From Stramenopiles sp. TOSAG23-3 (Eukaryota): a DNA stretch of 33,820 bases. The notes below the pieces were generated by a model. It was not told the origin of the DNA. It made no database searches and saw only the letters and a list, made by a program, of their open reading frames with translations. Each line of letters begins with the position of its first letter. Position 1 is the stretch's first letter. The translations under genes and the position numbers were made by a program. The stretch spans positions 1 to 33,820 of the forward strand of contig LT642207.1 in assembly GCA_900128585.1 (NCBI GenBank), read 5' to 3'. Of this stretch, positions 1 through 10,912 are shown in pieces.

Positions 1-197
1 TGGCATAGTCCATTGGCAGGGCCGTTGGGAGATAGGCACGGAATACCCGGAGCCCTGATGCTATGGACTTGGCGACCCCATTCAAGATGTCCCGTTGGAA
101 GATTCGCATCCGCCAATCCATCCATCTCTGGCGGGCTACTATGTAGCTAAAGCTTCCACCGGAGAGCGGGGTGGGGAACTTTATTTCCGCGAGACGG
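1..197 (-). mobile_element. Fragment of CRE-like non-LTR retrotransposon (end of putative restriction-like endonuclease region), runs off window start
   Basis: Reverse strand reads RLAEIKFPTPLSGGSFSYIVARQRWMDWRMRIFQRDILNGVAKSIASGLRVFRAYLPTALPMDYA, colinear with HLAAIKSPTPITAGSLSYLAARQRWPAWWMRIFQRNILNLVAKSIESGIRIFNALAPTALPMEYA at ~17557-17752 (+). Confidence 0.7.
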
Positions 198-489
198 TTT
201 ATTACATTGTTTTTAACATTTATCCTATTTTATTTCTGTTTTTACTCTTTGTCTGTAAATATATTTCCCAGAAAACCCTTATTAGTTTGTAGCTTAGTCG
301 GATTTTTAGGGTAAATCTTCTGTTTTGGACTTCTTTCCTCCTCTCTCCAATGAATACACACTATCGGTTAAATAATATACAAGTAGCATCGGTTAAAATT
401 CAAACATTGGTTAAATTTCAAGCGATTCGTAGCCGTGAACCTCTCATACTAATTGTCTTTCTCGAATTATTTTATTAATTCGTGCCATC

Positions 490-1365
490 TTACAAACGCT
501 CACTGTTGGGTTTACGTTTTAAGCCTTTAATTCTTCGGGTTTGGATTTTCTCTAAATCCTGTTTTTCCACATGGATTCTACCAACTTTTTCCCCGGATAC
601 TGTGTCTACCGAAACATTTTTTCGTCGCCTGTTGCTAGTACCAGAAAGATTAGCATAAGCTTGTCTTTTCAGCAAATCACTTGCATGGAGAGTGCGCCTC
701 ACGGCAAATTCCACTTTTGGACCTGTTGGTAATAGTTCTATACGGGGAAGAGGGCTTCTAGTTTGGTGATAGGATGTAGTGTAACACATCAAATGCAAAG
801 ATTTTTCTCCATCTGTCTTCTCAAGCACTGTGCATACTATAACACGGTCTAAACCAGCCAAATTGATGCGGTCGACAACATCGCCACGAAATACGTCTAA
901 GAGTGTGTTTTTCACTTCAGCATACATATGATCTTCTTCAAATTCACGGCCTATAAAAATAAAGCAGGGTTTTCCACCAGGCATAATCTTTTGTTTAAAA
1001 TTGTCCATAGGCACAAAGGCTAGAATGCCCAGCTCGATAGCATCTAGGATCTTTGAATCAAATACGCGCCCCAACGTTAAATTGTGCGGTCTTTTTTTGG
1101 TGTGAGTTGCGAACGCAAACGAGCCAGCATTGTTTTTCTTACACAGAAACTCAAGGTTTGATGTGTTTTCAAAGACATTTACTTCGTTCTTTCTGGAAAA
1201 CAAAACCCCATGTGGTTTTGATAAAACAAAAAGTTCTTTCAGCACAGATATAATGAAGCTGCTGGTTTTCCTGCCACGAATAAACAAAGTCCTTTTACAG
1301 GACTCATTCGTGCCCGCGGCTTTAGATAGGCCTTTTGCATTTCGAAATCGTTTTTGTGCTCGCAT
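490..1365 (-). CDS. RPF2: Ribosome production factor 2 (Brix domain)
   Basis: 291-aa ORF with Rpf2 motifs KKRPHNLTLGRVFD, KPCFIFIG, LAGLDRVIV, LPRIELLPTGP and C-terminal GEKVGRIHVEKQDLEKIQTRRIKGLKR. Confidence 0.95.
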   Translation of the reverse strand: MRAQKRFRNAKGLSKAAGTNESCKRTLFIRGRKTSSFIISVLKELFVLSKPHGVLFSRKNEVNVFENTSNLEFLCKKNNAGSFAFATHTKKRPHNLTLGRVFDSKILDAIELGILAFVPMDNFKQKIMPGGKPCFIFIGREFEEDHMYAEVKNTLLDVFRGDVVDRINLAGLDRVIVCTVLEKTDGEKSLHLMCYTTSYHQTRSPLPRIELLPTGPKVEFAVRRTLHASDLLKRQAYANLSGTSNRRRKNVSVDTVSGEKVGRIHVEKQDLEKIQTRRIKGLKRKPNSERL

Positions 1366-1640
1366 CGACTATTTAGGTAAACAGTTTATGTGTTGAATTG
1401 GTTGAGAATTGTTTGGTAGGATGTGAATGCGGCCGATAGAGCATCACATGCATTTTTATGGTGTAGACAATTGGGTTGCAATGGAATGCCCGAGCCCTCG
1501 TTCGCCAAGTTTGTACTTGTGGGAAATCCTGTACTAATCTTGTGCGAGGTGAGGTGTCCGCCCCCGCCCCGAACACTAAATTTTTATTTTTTTAAGGTTT
1601 TATGCGTATTTAAGTACAATTACAAATCCAATCAAATAGA

Positions 1641-1946
1641 ACCCTTCGGGGACGCCTTGCAGGGGCCCTTCCTATAATTTACCTAATTGTCGATGGAATG
1701 GGAGGAGCCGCTCGTGGGTGCTGCTAATTCTCGTATGGACACAGCATTCTTCGCCTGCTCACACCCACTCAGGCAATTATTACTGATAGGCTATTATACT
1801 TAATACACTACATTATTCTGGCCTGAGTGTAGAGTTATCCATCCAAATGTTTCTGTGTCGCTGTGAAGACTTTAGAATCTCTACGAGTGGCTCCTCCACA
1901 ATTAGGTATTTTATAGAAATAGGCCCTACCAGGCGTTTCGAAGGGT
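1641..1946. repeat. Imperfect inverted repeat, arms 1641-1715 and 1883-1946
   Basis: acccttcggggacgccttgcaggggcccttcctataatttacctaattgt...gaggagccgctcgt matches the reverse complement of acgagtggctcctccacaattaggtattttatagaaataggccctaccaggcgtttcgaagggt; a third copy lies at 14571-14695. Confidence 0.8.
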
Positions 1947-2369
1947 CATTTCATTATACTTAATTTTGTTGTAACCCTAACTACCTCGCATAAGATTAGA
2001 GGATTTCCCTCGTATTTGTTACTGTTATTTTGTATTCTTTCTTATTCGTTACAGTAGTTTGGTTTGACTTGTCGATTTAGTGTACCTGGGTTTTTAATGA
2101 ACAGTTTCTCTTTTTTCTGGTTGAGAGCTTCTGGGCTAATAATTTAAATTCCACAGCCGCAAAATCTGATTTTTGTGGACAGGTCTCCACCAACAGATTT
2201 GACCAGCACAAAGTTTATGTACGAGTAAAACACAACTATTTTCCTTAAGCGCACCTGCTCATATTTTTTTCAGTAACATTTTATAGTCGTCTACTAAATT
2301 GCTGTTATTTTCGTATTTAAAAATTATTACTGAAGAAGACGGCAATGTTGAGAGAGAGAGCTGAAAAAA

Positions 2370-2914
2370 TCGCAAAATCTTTAAATATTGTACTTGTAAT
2401 ATTTATACTATATATATTGGTATAGTGAAAATAAACTAAACCATTTTTTGTGAAATAAAAAAATAATTCAATGCTATTTCTATGTATTAGTTAAAACTCA
2501 CTATAATGGTGTGTTGCTGTACTGATATTTCCTATTTTTAGGTGTGATATCTTAACCAAGTTCCACCGATTGTGAAAAGTACAATATTTATTTTTTTGGT
2601 GAAGTATACAGGCGCTGGTTTGCTTTTTTTTTACCATTTTGAATTAACCAGCAAATTCGCCAATAATATCTGTGGTGACATATCATTTTATTTTAACTAT
2701 TGTACTTTTCACAATCGGTGAAGTGTTGGTTTTACATTATTAACGAAAAAAAAGGAATTTTCAGTACAGGAACACATCATTAGGGTGATTTTTAACGTAT
2801 ACATAGAAATAGCATTGAAGTGTTTTTTTATTTCACAAAAAATGATTTAGTTTATTTTCACTATACCAATTTATATAGGCTAATATAACAAGTACGGTAG
2901 TTTAAAGTTGTTCG
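2370..2914. repeat. Long foldback (MITE-like), arms ~2370-2587 and ~2697-2914
   Basis: attggtatagtgaaaataaactaaaccattttttgtgaaataaaaaa...ttcaatgctatttctatgtat...caccgattgtgaaaagtacaata is mirrored on the other strand; spacer ~110 nt. Confidence 0.88.
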
Positions 2915-3180
2915 AAACACATATTTCATCCTCTCTTCTTTCATCATAGAAGTAGCATTGAGTTTCAGATAGAATTATCAATATGATGAGGATGAAGTCC
3001 TCGTAGTGCGAATGTATTTCTAGATTTTTCTTCTTTTTGTTTATGCTGTGTTTATATAAATACGAAATCATAAAAAAATCAATTTAATTTCTTATTATTT
3101 GGAAATGAACGATTTGCATTCAATGCTAAATGATGTTGTTTGTCAATTTGAACGTGACGCTGCATCCCCCTTAATATATA

Positions 3181-3217
3181 TAAAACCAACATTTCACCGA
3201 TTGTGAAAAGTACAATA
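3181..3217 (+). repeat. Extra partial copy of the 2370-2914 foldback arm
   Basis: taaaaccaacatttcaccgattgtgaaaagtacaata closely matches the reverse complement of ~2698-2734. Confidence 0.75.
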
Positions 3218-3661
3218 ATTTTTAGACTTTATGAATACTAGACTGAGGTGGATGCACCAGAATTTAGCAGGGGATCTCCCTCTTATTTGAAATAAGAGCC
3301 TCTTATTTCTCTAATGGTGTGTAGTATTACTGTTATAACTGCTGTGTTATGTAAAAAGCAAAACTCTTATTTGACCCATGTACTAGTTTGTATATTAAAA
3401 ACCATTCATAGGAGTCCGAATATGAAGGAGGAAATTAATCAGACCCCTACGAAGAATGTTTTTTGGGTACGATAGGACGTGCTATATTACATTGAAAACC
3501 AACCAATTATACGGCGCAGTTGTAATGTGCAAAATTTTAGCATTTTGCAGCATGTTCTGAAAATCGCAGTAATTTTGTACTTATGAAAGGCAGCTAGTGC
3601 GACTTAAACTAGTGAGAAATCGGCATAGTGTTCGACAGTCAATCGTGCATCGAGGCTACAA

Positions 3662-4966
3662 ATGCCATTGAAAAAAACAGCTGTTTCCAAACGGAAAGCG
3701 GGCCCTGAAAATGATGACCCTTGCCAAAAGAGGGGGGAACCGACACCGCGTTTTGGGACAAACCGTTGTTTTGATGAGAAAAAATATGGACTTGTGAAAG
3801 CTTCTTCGCTTCCTTTTGGGTACCCCAACACGCAAGTTTCACCGTTTGTTTTTACTTGCAGCCCAATGCTGGTGCAAATTATAGGGAGCCGTCGCGATAT
3901 TGGAATATACATATTTTCCTGGCTAGAAGCAAGTACTATGGCAAGATGTCAATGTTTATCGAAGTCATTTTACCAGGCTCGAGAAAACCGGGAAGGTTTT
4001 GTAGAAGCTGCCGCCAAGATTACACCTAAGCTTCGGGGATATCGGTACGCTGATGTGGTAGGTGTACAGATTTCTCGTGGCATTTGTGTGACACAGGCAC
4101 TGAGTGTTTTAGAAGCACTAATTGTACCACTTCTATATCTAGTCGGCGGCTACAATCCCCGTCGCCTACAAACGCAGCGAACCGTAAAGCGTTTTTTGCC
4201 TTGGCTTAATAACTATAAGTTATTAGCACCACTCATAACACCACGAAGAGAATTGGGCGCATGCTTGGTTGAAAATCAACTGTATGCGGTCGGGGGGGTT
4301 TACGGTTTGAACGCATTATCTTCAGTAGAGCGATATAACCCCGTGAAAAACATTTGGCAAGAATGCGGGCGAATGAAATATGCGCGTCGTGCGTGTGCGG
4401 TAACGGCTCTAAATGGAAAAGTATACGCAGCCGGCGGGTTTTCCCGTGCAAAATCTATGAGTGAAGTTGAGCGATTCGATGCAACTCGAAACAAATGGGA
4501 GGCAGTTGCAAGTATGAATTCGGAACGATCAGGATGCTGCGCTGCGGCCACTCAAGGTTTTGTTTATGTACTTGGTGGAGGTAACAATTCAAAAAAAAAT
4601 GATAATACATGGGCATTCTCAAGCGTAGAAAAGTACAACGTTGCTGAAAATAAATGGGAGTATGTTGCAGAAATGAAGCACTCCCGGCGTGGTGCTATGG
4701 CTGCCTCCATTGGAAGTAAAATTTACGTACGTGGCGGCAAAAACAACAGAAATGAGGATGTCTCGGAAATTGAATGTTACGATCCAAAATCCAACAATTG
4801 GATGGTCGTGGAACACATAGAGCCTCCGCCACATTGTGATGTATTTGAAAGGCGGCTACTAATGGAATTTGAACGAGCAGATGGTGTTGAAATGATTGAT
4901 GGAATAGCAGCATCTGGGTGTTTGGCACTGACTCAGAATTTTATTGGGGGTAAACATGCATGCTAA
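3662..4966 (+). CDS. F-box/Kelch-repeat protein
   Basis: 434-aa ORF; F-box-like IGIYIFSWLEASTMARCQCLSKSF followed by five Kelch repeats (LYLVGG, LYAVGG..VERYNP..W, VYAAGG..VERFD..W, VYVLGG..VEKYN..W, IYVRGG..IECYDP..W). Confidence 0.9.
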   Translation: MPLKKTAVSKRKAGPENDDPCQKRGEPTPRFGTNRCFDEKKYGLVKASSLPFGYPNTQVSPFVFTCSPMLVQIIGSRRDIGIYIFSWLEASTMARCQCLSKSFYQARENREGFVEAAAKITPKLRGYRYADVVGVQISRGICVTQALSVLEALIVPLLYLVGGYNPRRLQTQRTVKRFLPWLNNYKLLAPLITPRRELGACLVENQLYAVGGVYGLNALSSVERYNPVKNIWQECGRMKYARRACAVTALNGKVYAAGGFSRAKSMSEVERFDATRNKWEAVASMNSERSGCCAAATQGFVYVLGGGNNSKKNDNTWAFSSVEKYNVAENKWEYVAEMKHSRRGAMAASIGSKIYVRGGKNNRNEDVSEIECYDPKSNNWMVVEHIEPPPHCDVFERRLLMEFERADGVEMIDGIAASGCLALTQNFIGGKHAC

Positions 4967-5069
4967 TTTTTTTTAATAAACCTATAGATAGAATGAAACC
5001 CAAATACTGAAATGATTGTAGGGGAACACACACACCAATAGCCACCAGGGGGGTAATATTCTCAATCGC

Positions 5070-5490
5070 ACCAGGGACGATTGTCCTGCTACATCCAGAG
5101 GACGAGACGGACATGCACGGCTCAGCAGCATGGCCACAGATGCAATCCTACCGAAACAATCGGGTTCACTTGCGCACCAGACTTAAACATGGCGTCCTAA
5201 TGAGCAACCCCGGAGGAGGCATGCACTCGTTTCACAGACAGATAATACAACTACAGAACCACACACATCGCACCTATATCACTGCCTCATAGCACTTCGA
5301 CGACAGCTCTGACTACGAAACCGAACGACAGTCCTCCACGGTCCCACCCCATTACTGATCATCTCGTAAACATTTTTTTGAACAGAAAACGAGCACCTTT
5401 ACCATTTTGAAGCCGCTGTTCATCAAACCGCGCAAGTTCTGGTACAGGTATGAGTGGGACATCGGATAAAGAAGTCAATTATGGGTGGGG
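5070..5490 (+). mobile_element. Degenerate 3' tail of the CRE-like element
   Basis: Aligns with 18963-19480 (-) (gaacagaaaacgagca, cacatcgcacctat vs catatcgcgcctac) and with 14248-14465 and 18282-18500; encodes TIVLLHPEDETDMHGS and MSGTSDKEVNYG (ATG 5450). Confidence 0.65.
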
Positions 5491-6342
5491 ACGGAAGTCG
5501 GTGGAGAACCAAAGATAGAGTTGCTGTGTCTAAACAATTAGTATATAATAACTAATAGGCGTTTTGTAGATAAATACAATTTAAGGTGTATCACTCAATG
5601 TATACTATATAATTTGTTTTCACTCAATGTATTTCGTACAAAAGAATAGGAATTGTACAGAAATATAAATATTATACGAAATCTTGGAGAAAAGGGCGCA
5701 TATCCATCGCACTTGAAAGGAAGCAGTTTTCGAGATTATTTTCAAAGCCCTTTGTGGTTTGCTTTTTCAAAGCGCTTAATTTTGGAGTTTTTTTGTTTTC
5801 TTGTTATTTACCTGTAAGGTATAAAAAATATCTAGGTTTTTTTTAGGTGGATCATTTCAGTTTTATAATATTCCTACTATTTTTGACTGTATAAACGCTT
5901 CTATTCTAAAGAATATTTGAAGGTGATGCAAAAGGTAAAATAATGCATAAAATTAATAGTTTGTCTTTAAATGGTGGCAATACCCTTAACTTAGTTTTGA
6001 TAGATTTAGGGGGATTTCCCCTTTTCATTATTTCCTCCTCATTTAAGTTAGACGACTAAAAAACTAAGCTGAATATCGGTTATTTTTTATGTGATTTTTA
6101 GCTCGAGTGTCTAAGGGGGAAACAAATCGATAAAAACCAAAATGCATACGAAGTAGTGCGCGTTTTAATTTTACGATAAAAAATATAAACAAAGTACTCG
6201 TGAGATTAGTAAAAACAAATATATACGCATTGCATCTCTTGGAAAGAAATAAGAAATCTGATATGAAACCTTAGCATTGCATCGCATGGAAAGTATTCAT
6301 AAGTACCTATACAGCGGCATATATTTTTGTTTTTAGATATAC

Positions 6343-6440
6343 AACCTCTGAATCAGAGTCGTCCAATTTGACCTCCCTCTTCTGTACTTCACTCCTGATA
6401 TCCTCCTCACCGTAATCAACTTCCTCATAATCGCTGCTAT
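6343..6440 (-). mobile_element. Possible further, more diverged CRE-like tail fragment
   Basis: Reverse strand encodes SSDYEEVDYGEEDIRSEVQKREVKLDDSDSEV; gaggaagttgattacgg nearly matches the other tails. Only this short motif aligns. Confidence 0.4.
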
Positions 6441-6627
6441 ATCGTCTAAAACACGACTACCATTTTCCGATTCTGGTACCAAGTATGGTTCACTTAAGGC
6501 TGAAAGGTGGCTGGTATTGTTTTTTTTTTTAAATTGGCCGTATTGAACCTTTGCTGACCTAAACTTTGGAACATTTCTGACGAGCAACATTTCCTGTGCT
6601 CACCCAAAACTCACAATCACTGAAACG

Positions 6628-6737
6628 ATTGTGGAAAATCAAATTGAAATCTGGCCCCAAGAGGTAGTCAACAAATTCTTGAACAAAGCGCATTATAACT
6701 AGGGGCCCTCATTAATCACTCTCCTGCCAAGTTTACT
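6628..6737 (+). repeat. Dispersed repeat, partner at 18790-18903 (-)
   Basis: aatcaaattgaa...ccaagaggt...ttcttgaacaaagcgca...aggggccc...atcact(c/t)tcctg is shared between the two loci. Confidence 0.7.
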
Positions 6738-6816
6738 TATCTAAATTCTAGTTTACAAATGTGCGAAAAGGTAAAAATATGGAGATATTTCTTTTCAGGG
6801 TGTGAAAATGGGAGCC

Positions 6817-7595
6817 TCAAAGCGTAGCAGGCGTTGAAATACTATCCAATTGAACATTTAGGATTGGCTCTGCACCACCAAACTCTTTCATTACATGATC
6901 TAAATATTGTTTTTTGGAAATGTAATGGGCTTTGTCTCCTGCTAGAGATTTTATAACTTGCTTTGCAGCTATTGGTAGTTTTGCCTTATGCAACTCAATA
7001 AACTTTGTTGGCAGAAAATCTTGAAACAGCGCTTTTAAGTGAACAGCAGTTAATTTCTCATCTGGGCATCCTGCCATATCGCATATAACTTTAAATGTCC
7101 ATTCTAGCTTATCTTTTAGGGTAACTTCTTTGGAGTTTCTGGGCTTATTGCTTTTCCATTTCCCATTATAAGCTACAAACTTTTGGAAGCTGTTTAAGAA
7201 ATTGCTAAAAGATACTTTTCCTCTGGACATCTTGAATCCAGCTGCAAATATATTGTCACACGAACTATCAGATGAGTATTTGTTAGTCATTTCCGCATAT
7301 TTTATTGACTGCATCAGACACTTTAAAATTTACTCACGGTGCTCCTGTCAGCATAGGGGGTTGCTTTTTTACATCAATGTGCCCTTTTCCTGCAGCACCC
7401 CCAAGCATCATAAATCGTTTGTGAAGATACTGCAGATTTCGGCGAGTGACTTATCTTAAAGTTAGTAATGTTTTAAGTTCAAGCGAGACGTGTTGATATT
7501 ACGCATAACTTACTTCGATGATCCTCCTCCAAAAGTTCGAGTTTTTCCAAAGAAAGGGTTTTCTCTAACCCTGACCCAGAACCAAAAATTGACAT
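6817..7595 (-). CDS. Calcineurin B/CIB/NCS-like EF-hand family protein, 3 exons (7514-7595, 7338-7449, 6817-7264), 213 aa
   Basis: Spliced frame is open: MSIFGSGSGLEKTLSLEKLELLEEDHR|ITRRNLQYLHKRFMML...LTGAP|SCDNIFAAGF...KVSFSNFLNSF...KDKLEWTFKVICD. LHKRF, PxxDNIF, VSFxxF and KLxWxFKxxD resemble calcineurin-B-family landmarks. Exon lengths 82+112+448=642 nt. Confidence 0.8.
7265..7337 (-). other. Spliceosomal intron 2 (73 nt)
   Basis: GTGAGT donor, GACTAAC branch point (7282-7288), GATAG acceptor; removal joins exon 2 in frame to the 6817 ORF. Confidence 0.85.
7450..7513 (-). other. Spliceosomal intron 1 (64 nt)
   Basis: GTAAGT donor, TACTAAC branch point (7461-7467), ATAAG acceptor; removal restores the frame. 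Confidence 0.85.
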
Positions 7596-8218
7596 TATGT
7601 TCCGGAATTACAAGCCAATTCGTCGTCGGCCTTTTTGCTACACTAGGCGCATCACAATTTCTTTATGCGATCTCAACCTAAATCATGGCCCCCGCACGCC
7701 GACGGCAGTAAACAGGCTTCGCAAATTTGATTGTGATTATATTCAAAGAAGTTGGTTCTATTTGAAATAGTAATAATTTAAATTATAATTTGTTTTTTTT
7801 ATTAATAATAAATAATAATTTAATAATAAATTGCAGTTACACCCAGATCCAGAGCAGTCAACAAATCTGCGTTTTCTTGGATGTACTTGTTAGCGGTATT
7901 AATTTCCCTATCTTATTTTGTTGCCTGGGGCGAGGAAACCCCAAGAAGAGCCTTCGCGGCGCTGTATTTATTGTTCCAGTTCATGGAGGCGCAATAAATT
8001 TCGCGAGCCTTTTGGGTCTTCTTTCATCCTCTAGATTAAGGAGATTGGTCGCATTGCTTTGCAAGATCCTCTACGATTGTCCTTTGGAATACTGTCGTGA
8101 ATAAAGCCCGAGTTTGGGCAGGTAGGTTAATACTCACGTATTCCGACAAATAAAGTGGTTCGGTATTCCCTTAACTGCATTTTCAGAAAACGTTCGTTGT
8201 CAGCTCTCTAAAAACAAT

Positions 8219-8299
8219 TTGGAAACCTGCCCATTCCATTCGTTTTGTATTCTAATATATATTTGATAGGAATGTGCATATCATTGGGCAGGTTTCCAA
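8219..8299. repeat. Perfect 15-bp inverted repeat (8219-8233 / 8285-8299)
   Basis: ttggaaacctgccca ... tgggcaggtttccaa; the left arm and loop (attcgttttgtattctaat) recur on the minus strand at ~20886-20950. Confidence 0.7.
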
Positions 8300-8776
8300 T
8301 AATTTTTTTTTTAAATGAAGCGAGATTCGACATTTAGCGCTTGGATTACCAAATACTCGAATTGGGTTCTATAACTAAATAGCAACACCTGAGAACTGAG
8401 AACGTCTACAAGTACTGTAAGTGAGAACTTAATTAATAATAATCAATGAAGAAAAAAAAATTTCTCCGCCCGTGGTCGTCATCCTCCTCCTAGTGATAGC
8501 GCGTAGGGCGACATGGTGGTGTTTTGTTGTTGTTGTATTAGTCTATAAAATACTACTACACAAAACAAAAAAATGAAAAAAAGGAGTGGCGGAGAGAAGA
8601 AGAAATCAAGTTAGTGTTTACTTCTTCGTTTACTTCTTCGTGGCGGTGCAGTGTATGGTTACAGTCGCCGAAGCAAATTGAGTGTGACATTTACCACACC
8701 GAATGGTGTTAAACCACGAGACGAAACGCCTTTTGAAAACTGTTTATATTTCAACCCACGTGCACGACACTGGAGA

Positions 8777-9064
8777 ATGGCTGAGGTCAACAACGTCTCT
8801 GCAGAGGCGATTACGATAAGGGTCAAAGACCAGGCTGGAGAAGAAACATTTTTCAAAGTAAAGAATACGACAAAAATGTCGAAAGTGTTTGCAGCATATG
8901 CACAACGTAAAGGCGTTCAACAAACGTCGCTCCGTTTTTTATTGGACGGCGAACGTATTACTAATGACGACACACCTAAAACGTTGGAGTTAGAAGACCA
9001 AGACCAGATCGACTGTCTTCTTGAACAATACGGGGGAGTCTCGTTGAGAGTCTCATTTGCCTAA
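8777..9064 (+). CDS. SUMO: Small ubiquitin-like modifier precursor, 95 aa
   Basis: From ATG 8777: ITIRVKDQAGEETFFKVKNTTKMSKVFAAYAQRKG..LRFLLDGERI..DTPKTLELEDQDQIDCLLEQYGG plus the tail VSLRVSFA. Confidence 0.96.
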   Translation: MAEVNNVSAEAITIRVKDQAGEETFFKVKNTTKMSKVFAAYAQRKGVQQTSLRFLLDGERITNDDTPKTLELEDQDQIDCLLEQYGGVSLRVSFA

Positions 9065-9265
9065 TCCTAAAACAGAACTGGGTCGGAAAACCAAAATGCA
9101 TTATACATTTTTAATTTTAAACTGAAAATGAGAGCATATGATCTGTTTCCTAAAGCAAAAACTACACCGCCATATTCGGAAATGCGATTCTTGTCGTCCT
9201 GTTGGGTACTGTCTTTCAGGCGATATATTTTTTTAAAATTTAAAACCCTAATCCAGTTTTTTATC

Positions 9266-10454
9266 AAAAACAAGAAAAATTGGCTGTTATTTTATAATAA
9301 TTAAAATTAAAGAAAAAAGAAGGTGTCAGTTCAAGAACAATATCTCCTCCTATTGCAGATCCTCCCCAAGTTCTGAAGGGGCTCGTTGTCTGTGGTACTG
9401 CTCAATGAAATAATGATCGGTATTGAGTTTGATCATTTCGTGGTCGTATACACATACAGATGTAAGTGTACCTTCTGGGAATCCTAAACGGCTAGGCCGG
9501 TCGGCGATTTCCAGGACATATTCGTATGGCTCTCCAGTTTATCTAAATATTAAACTCTAAGTATTTTTAAAACTTCTTTAAATGTCCCCGGGTGAAGTCA
9601 ACAGGGGTTGTGACGCGAGCAGGAACTTCTTCCGGTGACTCAAGTCAACTCGTTCCACCTGTAATGAAGTTTTTTGACGTTGGTCTTTGTCGTTAGATCC
9701 GCGCTGTGACATTGTCTGATGTGATCCGTTCGCTTCGGTTTGTCCCAGTTCTGCCTTAAAACACAAAATAAAATTTAGACAGAAAAAATTAACCTTAGCG
9801 GTTGTTTAAAATAAAATGAAAACATTTACTTTACATCAAATGGAAACATTTACTTTATAGCGAAAACATAAAGGAGAACAAAACAAAAAGCGAAAAAATA
9901 AATGAAATTAGAGGTAACAAATGAAAATATTTACGTTACAATCAAATGGAAACATTTACTTCATATTTTTTAGATTAACTGAATTGTTTTTTTTTTAAAT
10001 AATAAAGTAGTCAATTGTAGTTTTGACCAGAACTTGGGGGATACATACGAACACGTCCTGGGCATTGTTGATCGGCTGAGCCATCTAGGATTCCCAGAAT
10101 ATAAACTTACATATGTATGTGTATACGAACAAGATCAATTCCACTACTAATCATGCTTTCGAAGATTCAATGAGTAGAAACCGATCACCTTCAAAAACAT
10201 TATTTTGCCGCTGCTGAGTAGTCAATTGGAGCTTTGATCAGAACTTCGGGGAGACATACGAATACATCCCGGAGAATGTTAATCGGCTGAGCCGTTTATG
10301 ATTCCCAGAAGGTACAATTACATCTGTACGTGTACACGACTTGACCAGAAATTGGGAAAGATCTGCAAAAGGAGGAGATTTTGTTCTTGAACTGACACCC
10401 GTTTTATCTTTTTATATTTTTAAATACCTAAACAACAGCTATTATTTTTTTATT
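9266..10454. repeat. ~1.2-kb foldback, arms ~9266-9540 and ~10240-10454
   Basis: ggtgtcagttcaagaacaatatctcctcctattgcagatc and gtcgtatacacatacagatgtaagtgtaccttctgggaatcctaaacggct are mirrored on the minus strand; the outer ends carry the TTGGCTGTT motif (right copy degenerate). Confidence 0.85.
10006..10345 (+). repeat. Direct duplication of ~125 nt (10006-10130 and 10217-10340)
   Basis: agtagtcaattg..tttga(c/t)cagaactt.ggg.a.acatacgaa...atcggctgagcc...attcccagaa occurs twice about 210 nt apart. Confidence 0.8.
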
Positions 10455-10912
10455 AGCAGGAAACTTAATTTACAACAATGACATTTTTGACGTGATATTC
10501 AGGGATTTCCAATCACAAGAAGGAGGTTTAATCTACATGAAAGGAATTCGAATTGAATCATAGGCAGGTTTCTCAAGGGATTTACATGGCAACTCCAGCA
10601 CAAATTGAGGTTTATCCAAAGGTACTCACTCCTTCGAAATGGAATACCGCAGGAACTTCACCTCAGGGGAGACGCACTAACAGACAATAAACCCACAATT
10701 GGCAGGGGGCATGATCCTGGACATTTAACTTTTCAATGTAGGCTAACCCTACTTTTATTGTAAGTATAAGAACTCGTATTGTGTGGTTCCAGATAAATAA
10801 TGTACTAAAAATTAATAAATTCAAAATTAAATATGTTTGATGGGAACAATGGTACAGTAACACTGTTTTGCTGTTGAAAGTTATTTAGTTATCCAAGCAC
10901 ATGAGTACATTT

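Noticed and set aside
7265-7314. MQSIKYAEMTNKYSSD as the start of the EF-hand protein
   Set aside because: It lies inside intron 2, which has clear donor, branch point and acceptor signals.
8651-8776. N-terminal extension of SUMO in the ORF track
   Set aside because: Begins at GTG; in this eukaryotic gene, ATG 8777 gives a normal-length SUMO.
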